From IMG/VR virus record IMGVR_UViG_3300009979_000004, positions 24,837 through 88,836 of that record: a stretch of DNA of 64,000 nucleotides. One strand, 5' to 3'. Made by a program: the position numbers and the translations under genes. Positions 58,001 to 64,000 of this stretch are shown piece by piece (positions within the stretch are counted from its first letter, which is position 1; the number at the start of each line of letters is the position of its first letter). Below the pieces are notes generated by a model. That model ran no database searches and was not told the DNA's origin. It saw nothing but the letters and a program-made list of their open reading frames with translations. This DNA is from a virus. Lineage: Duplodnaviria; Caudoviricetes.

Positions 58001-60326
58001 CAGATGAATTCAATATCTTTTCATCTTCTTCCAGTAGTCTACTGTTAATACCTTCTCCCAGACGCTTTATTCTTTTTCTTGTATCTCTTATAGCCTTTGG
58101 AGTATCTTCATCAGTAACTCCTATAGCTCCATATTTCTCAAGGATTCTATTAGCCGCAATTGTATTCTGAGGGGTAGGAAATTTTTCAGCCTGCTCTAAA
58201 ATTTTATCTTCTTCTACCAATTTTGTATGAGCTCCTACCAGACCAGTTCTTAGTTTCTCGTATTCCTTTTGTTCTGTAATATGTTCTTCTAATTCATTTC
58301 CTCCCAGTACCTGCTCTAAAGAAAATTGTTCAGTAGAAATCTCTCCAAGCCTTTGCTCCCATTCAGCTGCTTTCTTTCTTTGGAGTTTCAAAGAAGCATA
58401 ACGATCAAAGATAAAGTCTGCAAGATGTACTTTTAGAGGATCTTCTGAATCTCTTTGGTCTACAGCATACTTCTTCATCACACTTTTATGAAGATCCTGT
58501 AGTTCCTCCAATGTTTTAATTGCATCTTTGGCTTTCTGTTGATAAGAGTTGTCTTCCAAAGATCCTGTAAATCCATTTCTTATAGCTTCAGTCTGTTCAG
58601 GAGATTCCTGATATTGTTTCTTTAAAACTTCCAGTTCAGCTTCTAATTGAGTTGTACTGGCACCAGAGCTTTTAGCTTCTTGTAGTTGGCCTTCCAGTTC
58701 ACTGATCTGCGGCAATAACACCTGATCTCTCTCTATAATAGTATTATCCATAGAAGCAATCTGGTTGTAAGTTTCTTTCAGGTTTTCTGCATATCCCAAT
58801 TGGACTGCTCTTCTATTGTTCAGATTGAATAGTTCCTCCTTGATGCGATCTGCTTCTGAGGAGTTTCCCTGAGAAGCTGCAATCTTTATATCATTATGTT
58901 TATCCTGATAGAATTTTATATCTTCTTGTATAGCCTCCTTTATATTATTGAAGTAATTCGTATTGCCAAACTTATTCTTCGCCCGGCTGGTCATCAGCTT
59001 ATAGTTCGCTTTAGCTTCTCCTGTACCAGGATCTATAACGGGAGTTCCATCCTCTGCGGTCTCTACTCCTACTTGTACCTTATGTATTGGAATATTTGTA
59101 GTAACTACATTAGTCATAGGACCAGCTATTGCTCCCATCACAAAATTCAAAGCGCCTTCACTGTCCAGAGTCCTGTCAAAATATTTACTCAGTTGGTTAA
59201 GTTGTCCCAATATTCCATGTACACTGCCCTTGTTTCCTTCTTCCTTACCAGTTCTTTCAGCAAACTGATTTGTCATCTCCTCTACACCTTCTGCTACTGC
59301 TTCACGAATCATAGCAGGTATCCCTTGAGATTTGAATGCCTGGTTCTTAAAAGTATCCACACTGTATTCTCCTACTCTCTTTCCCCAATCATCTACACTT
59401 TCACCAGCCTTCTGAAAGAAATTCTTGCCAGCAATTCTCTCTATGGCATTTTGCTCGTGATTAAAGAATGGAAGAACACTCCACATATTCATCCCGGTAT
59501 TCAACATTGTATTTAGTTGAACACTGGTAGCAGCGGATTGAGCTGCAACATGCTTGGCTTTTTGATGAGCCTCATCCGGATCTTCTCCATTAGCCAGATT
59601 CTTTTGCAGGTTGGTCTGATAGACTTCATCAAATACCCCTTTCCCCATCATTGCTCCTTCCTGATAAGCTAGGGCCCCAGCAGTCAATAGCCTGCTAGTT
59701 TGCTGTCCTAGTTTCAGTCCTCCTGATAGTATCTCAGATGCTTTAGCTAAACCACTTACCTTTCCAGCTAGTCCAACCCCTTTAGCAACCCCTGTACCAG
59801 CTACTGCGAAGGAAGCCAGGCTGCTTACCAGGCCCTCTGCATTGTTTAGCCACCAGCCAAGGTCTCCCAGTCCCCAAGTCTTGTTTGTCGTTCTATAGAT
59901 CGGAAGATTTTCATCCAGCCACTGATTGGTAGATCTCATGGATTCAGTTAACCCGTTACTATAGTCCCTATCATCTCCCCACTCAGTAAGAAGTGATCCT
60001 GCATAGCCAATACCTTCAACTATGCCTGTAGCTGTTTTGGCTAAAGTCCTGCCAACGAAGTTTCCCCATTTATCCCAGGAAGACTGATTTTCTCCACGTA
60101 TGGCATTAATATCTCTGCTTGGATATACTCCTTCTGTGTTATATCCTTTATAAGGTTCTATATCTATCGGAGAAGTTTCTCCAAACTTTGCACTTCTGGA
60201 AGTTACATCTTCTCTAAGACTTCTTTGGAAGTCTTCTATCTTCATAGGTTTAGGCTTAGGCACTGGATCACCTGGCCCATCTACTCCCTGATCGTATATA
60301 TTATTTAGTTCCTCAATAGTTAACAT
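55008..60326 (-). CDS. large virion cargo/ejection protein
   Basis: 1772 aa; Gly/Ala-rich hydrophobic N-terminal segment and coiled coils; directly upstream of the vRNAP. Confidence 0.72.
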   Translation of the reverse strand: MLTIEELNNIYDQGVDGPGDPVPKPKPMKIEDFQRSLREDVTSRSAKFGETSPIDIEPYKGYNTEGVYPSRDINAIRGENQSSWDKWGNFVGRTLAKTATGIVEGIGYAGSLLTEWGDDRDYSNGLTESMRSTNQWLDENLPIYRTTNKTWGLGDLGWWLNNAEGLVSSLASFAVAGTGVAKGVGLAGKVSGLAKASEILSGGLKLGQQTSRLLTAGALAYQEGAMMGKGVFDEVYQTNLQKNLANGEDPDEAHQKAKHVAAQSAATSVQLNTMLNTGMNMWSVLPFFNHEQNAIERIAGKNFFQKAGESVDDWGKRVGEYSVDTFKNQAFKSQGIPAMIREAVAEGVEEMTNQFAERTGKEEGNKGSVHGILGQLNQLSKYFDRTLDSEGALNFVMGAIAGPMTNVVTTNIPIHKVQVGVETAEDGTPVIDPGTGEAKANYKLMTSRAKNKFGNTNYFNNIKEAIQEDIKFYQDKHNDIKIAASQGNSSEADRIKEELFNLNNRRAVQLGYAENLKETYNQIASMDNTIIERDQVLLPQISELEGQLQEAKSSGASTTQLEAELEVLKKQYQESPEQTEAIRNGFTGSLEDNSYQQKAKDAIKTLEELQDLHKSVMKKYAVDQRDSEDPLKVHLADFIFDRYASLKLQRKKAAEWEQRLGEISTEQFSLEQVLGGNELEEHITEQKEYEKLRTGLVGAHTKLVEEDKILEQAEKFPTPQNTIAANRILEKYGAIGVTDEDTPKAIRDTRKRIKRLGEGINSRLLEEDEKILNSSGYTTWVSKNPSKSFIDYQKEVNRKYALGHEEKFLRTNLEDLKNRITVNAENLREIETARTMNRIVKVTKNWWEKLANERKEFLEAQKTRIDNLKENIALQEKLDYARLKELSNQYVLEMHDVQEQIASLTEEISKLDQKIQNFETSEEIKALSSKKRIKKWEQYLTEKAQLTNTLQSLTERFNTLQSLYLENQQNIMEVDSDAEISDDSVLQEDAPANFEEDDDSVFPDESVPDDPTIEIADGVPEEDVAPVPDTVPLESYQSLLETLPVSIQQKVKDYELQLKLGEAEFSYDVLAPEVLKNNITQQQATSTLQALKEFIDSYASTLQDDGVDPAVINDILQTEIPPMQVVEDIPVENLSKPVHDSLVTDNTDIQINLLPTIEDRIFSGRKTINAYNSIANMGEEYDEVFNPEKNSYVKIGLGYINDKANKDLFDSAKLQPGTKLFITIDENYDGAKNITSRHTEDEYGHRVLGSEKFEDYTDEQGRIKTDTQSIGNVPIKITDQVGNTVGYLRKTDWITTKYDATAGPEGYRNVYDGSTEEGDIPPGNVMRQASLLLKIRQNLIDRYNRGEKTGFPTEVTSKGAGNIMLNREISNIVGEEGDIVWDRASKLLPDNSLQIGIYQNKKILVDRGNTEFDKEVVTQIPDYLQNRAVFLLPGNNGKYHATIAKGINLMDNNVALNTITRAIELHLENNADSEAANKLLDRTGFDVRKPEDLKAFINQYFTYTTNWNTAVRTPPSKEIAILDVIPPLRGEFNSKVLIGTVSVAGPSYEIASLVRGKLSPEFKESLKTFLAGRLKNIVFSNPDMRIRGINEQVTEEARFIEPRADSKGNFSFIEHRNYNEYIKKNLLVNVNGTNKIQTKDRRGRVKETYVYAVNPKLEYSTDTILESPIMTASTRDTVLVEPKEEKLEDSDTSIQDLFDSMINNLLPTSSPIVPVAGYIEGREVTLENLYKLYNFTQQEDRNGKSVEEVYTYLLDNGITNLYDGFNPFSKCK

Positions 60327-62682
60327 CGCTTATAGTTGTAGATACCGTTTTAGATGATTTAGTAGTTGTAGACTTCAGTCTCTTTTTCGGATTAAGATAT
60401 GGTGGAAGATTATCCATTCCAGTAAACTTGTCTATCCACAATCCAGCTTCAGAAGATGAATTAGTGCTCTGTAATATATTACCCTTGTTATCGTAAAGCT
60501 TGTAACTAACGCTATTGTCAGGATTTCGTATAGGTTGTACCGTAAGATCAGATACAGTGCCATCTGCCAGTTGGGCTGATCCTATTACTTTCTTATCTCC
60601 TACTGCCATAGAATTTATAATTCTTGCTCCTGATCCAGGTCTGATTGTTCTTGCAGCTAAGGTTGCTTCCGGAGCTCCACTATTTTCCCAACGGTATGCA
60701 AGGCTCTTCTGAACATTGACATCATTGGTTCTAATATCATATGTCTTACCGGTTGGATTTCCTTTTTCATCAAGCCCTTCAGCCCTAACTGTTACCATAT
60801 CTCCTACTCCCTGTGATCCCATTCCAACTATCTTAAAGTTCTCAGGTCTGTTGGATTCAGATATAGGTTGAGCCTGTCCTGGTTCATAGAATTCCAATCC
60901 TCCCAGACTGCCTTTGAACGTTCTGGTCAGATCAGCACTTTCTTTTTCACTGATACCAATTGTTTCACTTCTTAAAGAGAAGTCTTTTACATTTGATGTA
61001 TAGTTGTCTCTGAACTTCTTATTGAATTCATTGAGCCTGTTCTGATTGCTTATACTACTTTGCTCATAGAGAGATTTCAGTTTCTCTGCACCACTGTTAA
61101 GAGTTACGAATACTTTGCCGTCTTTTGTATCCAATGTTACTCCGGTTAGCTTATCTCGTGCTATACCACCTCCAGGAATATTCTGAATGGTAGATATAGC
61201 ATTTGGTGTAACTTTTCTTTCTACGATAAGCTTGGAAATCTCCTGTGGACTAATTGTCTTTCCAGACTTGGTCTTCAATCCATCCGGATACATCTTCTGT
61301 ACTTCAGGAAGTAACTTGTTAGCTTCAGCATTAAGCAACTGCTCATATCCTCCTGCATAGCCCATTTCCTGAGCTGTTCTATTTCTGGAATAATTAAGCA
61401 ACTGTTCATTGCGGTTCAAGGCTCCATTAACTCCGGTAAGCCTGCTTTTTGCATTATCAAGATTAGATTGTATTTGTACTCTCTTCTCTGGAGAAAGGCT
61501 GCCACTACCAAGTTGGTTCTCGTATAACTTGATCTCAGATTCTATAGTGCTCTTTTGCTCTCCCAGTTTAGAATTATTCTGTAAAACTTTGTCAGGATTT
61601 TTCTCATCATCTGTTAGTTTCACATTCGGACCTGCAATGATATAAGGATTAACATTATCCATTTTCTCCCACTGGCGCTTGAGAGATTCCATATCCTTAT
61701 TCAGGTTATGTTGATAGTCCATCTTATAAATAGAAGAATATTCCTGATCTGTTGATCTATCATATTCGTTATAAGCTTTAGCTTCTCCATAACCGTACAC
61801 GGCTGACCGTTGCTCCTCTTTTACCTGTTGAGCAACCAGGCGCTCTGCAATATCTCTAGGAGATATTCCCTTTTGCAAAGCCTGAGTGGCTAATTGCTTG
61901 GTAGGACTTTCTGGTAACCCATCTATAAATTTGAGTGCTGTATTATCATCCAGATTCTTTGTGCGCCTAAAGGTTTCTAAAGAAGTCTGCTGATCTGTAT
62001 GAGCCTTCCATTCCAGATCATTTGCATAAGCAAAATCCAGTGCTCTTCTGATATCTTCTTTCTTGATTCCTACCCAACCATCCTTCGTCTTCCATCTCCA
62101 CATTCCATTCTCTCCTCCAGATCCCTCTACAATGCTATTAGGATGCATGATGCTCAGTGCCTTTCTAATAGTCTCATTCACATCTACATTTTTATCTGCA
62201 GGTCTTCCGGTGTACTGGCCAAAGCCACGACCTGTTTCATCAAACTGGACTCCTTTGTAAGCTCTATCAGACATTTCTAGTAGAGTCTTCTTATCAAGTT
62301 CTGTCAGACCCAGGTCCTTGCTATCCAGGGACTTTGCATACTCTGTTCTCTTCTGAACAGATTCTACGATAGGTTTTAACCTACTAGCTACTACTCTCGC
62401 TTTTCTTTGAACATCTGGCAAGAGGTTTTCATAATCTCCTCTGCTACTCCAATCTTCCAGATCTTTATCTGCATTCTGTTTGATCTTGCCCCATGTAGGA
62501 GCATCTGCTGCAAGGAATGGAGCATTGGTAACTGTCTCTCCAATTCCTATGGCTCCCTGGCTGGCAGCATCATAACGTTCTTGAGCCAATTCTACAGATC
62601 TTGCAAATTCCGGAAGAGCAGATCCCACGTATTGAGGAATCTGAGTAGAATTAGCTAACTGATATTTATCGTATAATCCCAT
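60313..62682 (-). CDS. virion cargo/ejection protein
   Basis: 789 aa; position in the crAss-like cargo block. Confidence 0.65.
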   Translation of the reverse strand: MGLYDKYQLANSTQIPQYVGSALPEFARSVELAQERYDAASQGAIGIGETVTNAPFLAADAPTWGKIKQNADKDLEDWSSRGDYENLLPDVQRKARVVASRLKPIVESVQKRTEYAKSLDSKDLGLTELDKKTLLEMSDRAYKGVQFDETGRGFGQYTGRPADKNVDVNETIRKALSIMHPNSIVEGSGGENGMWRWKTKDGWVGIKKEDIRRALDFAYANDLEWKAHTDQQTSLETFRRTKNLDDNTALKFIDGLPESPTKQLATQALQKGISPRDIAERLVAQQVKEEQRSAVYGYGEAKAYNEYDRSTDQEYSSIYKMDYQHNLNKDMESLKRQWEKMDNVNPYIIAGPNVKLTDDEKNPDKVLQNNSKLGEQKSTIESEIKLYENQLGSGSLSPEKRVQIQSNLDNAKSRLTGVNGALNRNEQLLNYSRNRTAQEMGYAGGYEQLLNAEANKLLPEVQKMYPDGLKTKSGKTISPQEISKLIVERKVTPNAISTIQNIPGGGIARDKLTGVTLDTKDGKVFVTLNSGAEKLKSLYEQSSISNQNRLNEFNKKFRDNYTSNVKDFSLRSETIGISEKESADLTRTFKGSLGGLEFYEPGQAQPISESNRPENFKIVGMGSQGVGDMVTVRAEGLDEKGNPTGKTYDIRTNDVNVQKSLAYRWENSGAPEATLAARTIRPGSGARIINSMAVGDKKVIGSAQLADGTVSDLTVQPIRNPDNSVSYKLYDNKGNILQSTNSSSEAGLWIDKFTGMDNLPPYLNPKKRLKSTTTKSSKTVSTTISDVNY

Positions 62683-62693
62683 AGTGAATTAGT

Positions 62694-63887
62694 TTATTTT
62701 CTTCCCCCAAAATTTTTAGCAAAGTTTGCGCGCTTGACAATTGTTGAGGAGTAATCATCTTTATTAGCCATCACATGACTGGCAGCTTCCTGTACACCCA
62801 TATCGTGTGCCTTAGCCCAGGCAGTGAACTTTCCTTTATTCTCTGGTTTAATCATGATGCCTCCTGATCCAAATACTCTCATCATTCCACCAGTAGAATA
62901 CTTGATGGATCCACCACTTTGTTTCTTTTTGGTAATGAGAAAATCGTTGTTATCTTCTTTCCATTTTTTCTTACGTTCTGCTTCACGTTTCTTATATTCT
63001 TCCTGTACCTTCTTTCCTATATCCACTTGAGTCTTCCCAGCTTTATTGTTATAGAATTCAGCTCCCAAGGGATCATTCATTATTTCATTTAGTCCCGCTA
63101 TCTCCCTGCCTGCTACCCCTTCTCTGTTATATGCCCTGGCAAGGATAGCAAATTTCTTTAAGTCCAGGTTAGCCTTAGACTTCTCATTATCAATCATGAT
63201 TTTCTTGTCTACTGCATTTGCTATATTCTCAGCGCTCTCACGTTGCATTGCTAATCTTCTCTCTACATTTGACTCTGCCATCTTATCCAGCTTTGCATTG
63301 TTAGATGATTTGATACCTGCATTGGTCAATACTTCCTTATTGCTAATTTCCAGGTTCTGGTTTCTCTCCGCCTGGTTAACAGCAGACAATTGATTAAATC
63401 TCTGAGCAAGATTGTATCCGGTTATGGCAGTAGCTGTATTTTCATCTAAGTTCCTGTAAGCATTCAGATTTGCTCCCCGTATTCCTTTCTCTACCTCATA
63501 ACGATCATTATCATAGTTCACTTTCTGAAGGGTAACCAGAGGATCCAGATTTGGCATGGGAACTTTAGGAGGAGTCCTGAATGCATTGACAATATTGCTG
63601 GCGTATGGTAGTATAGATTTTCCAGCTTCATTGGCTTTTGATAATACCTTTTGAAATTTCTCTCCTTTTACTTTCTTTGTTACAAGTTCTGTGTTGCTCA
63701 CTCTTGGAGTCCTATTAGACATAAGAGTGGTAGTTGAAGATATAGAAGGCCTGGCCACTGGTATAGGCTCTGCTATGAAGGGTTGATTTTCCAGGTACTC
63801 CAGATTGTCTGGAAGTATTGGGCCTATAAATCCTTTCTTCTTATAGTAAGGTTCAGGACCATCGAAGTTTATCTTTTGAAGTGCCAT
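62694..63887 (-). CDS. crAss-like structural/cargo protein
   Basis: C-terminal GGIMIKPENKGKFTAWAK...KRANFAKN motif, recalled from crAss-like structural proteins. Confidence 0.65.
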   Translation of the reverse strand: MALQKINFDGPEPYYKKKGFIGPILPDNLEYLENQPFIAEPIPVARPSISSTTTLMSNRTPRVSNTELVTKKVKGEKFQKVLSKANEAGKSILPYASNIVNAFRTPPKVPMPNLDPLVTLQKVNYDNDRYEVEKGIRGANLNAYRNLDENTATAITGYNLAQRFNQLSAVNQAERNQNLEISNKEVLTNAGIKSSNNAKLDKMAESNVERRLAMQRESAENIANAVDKKIMIDNEKSKANLDLKKFAILARAYNREGVAGREIAGLNEIMNDPLGAEFYNNKAGKTQVDIGKKVQEEYKKREAERKKKWKEDNNDFLITKKKQSGGSIKYSTGGMMRVFGSGGIMIKPENKGKFTAWAKAHDMGVQEAASHVMANKDDYSSTIVKRANFAKNFGGRK

Positions 63888-63896
63888 AATTTGAAA

Positions 63897-63998
63897 TTAA
63901 TTAGTGATACCATTCTTCCATTTGAAGTATTCCTGTGCAAGCTTCAGATTATTCTCCTGCTGATTCAATAAGTTGATGGAGTTCATTCTTTCTCTGGT
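63897..63998 (-). CDS. 3' end of a gene truncated by the window edge
   Basis: Open frame TRERMNSINLLNQQENNLKLAQEYFKWKNGITN*, ending just upstream of the 63887 start. Confidence 0.55.
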   Translation of the reverse strand, partial: TRERMNSINLLNQQENNLKLAQEYFKWKNGITN

Positions 63999-64000
63999 AA

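Noticed and set aside
39971-59516. Long + strand ORFs such as 39971-40537, 45947-46669 and 58896-59516
   Set aside because: Antisense shadows of large - strand genes, with biased composition and no motifs
1-64000. Stop-codon reassignment
   Set aside because: Conserved genes and multi-kb ORFs are intact under the standard code and end in TAA, TAG and TGA; no suppressor tRNA was seen
1-64000. CRISPR array, reverse transcriptase/DGR, integrase or IS element
   Set aside because: No regularly spaced repeats and no RT (YxDD), recombinase or transposase motifs were recognised in the ORF track

Overview
This is a 64-kb piece of a large lytic Bacteroidota phage genome with crAss-like (Crassvirales-type) organisation, read in the standard genetic code. 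The + strand (1-31.9 kb) carries about 45 small accessory genes, then a replication block: uracil-DNA glycosylase, family A DNA polymerase, Dda-like and SF2 helicases, DnaB, AAA ATPase, primase, rIIA/rIIB, a resolvase-like nuclease and a 5'-3' exonuclease. The - strand (32-64 kb) carries virion genes: cargo proteins, a 3833-aa virion RNA polymerase with the DFDxD motif, tail fibres and a lysis cassette. The two arms converge on a terminator at about 31.93 kb. The least explained signals are non-coding. Two tRNA-shaped RNAs have remodelled anticodon domains (Leu-UAG-like at 6.8 kb; Tyr-GUA-like at 11.45 kb, directly upstream of an Acb2/Tad1-like gene). There is also a 100-nt closed-stem RNA at 7.0 kb and a ~350-nt pseudoknotted RNA upstream of a stand-alone NUMOD1-type gene at 4.1-4.65 kb. 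A signal-peptide-bearing paralogue of the tail-fibre tip has its own consensus Bacteroidota promoter. All family assignments come from motif recognition by eye; no database search or folding program was run.
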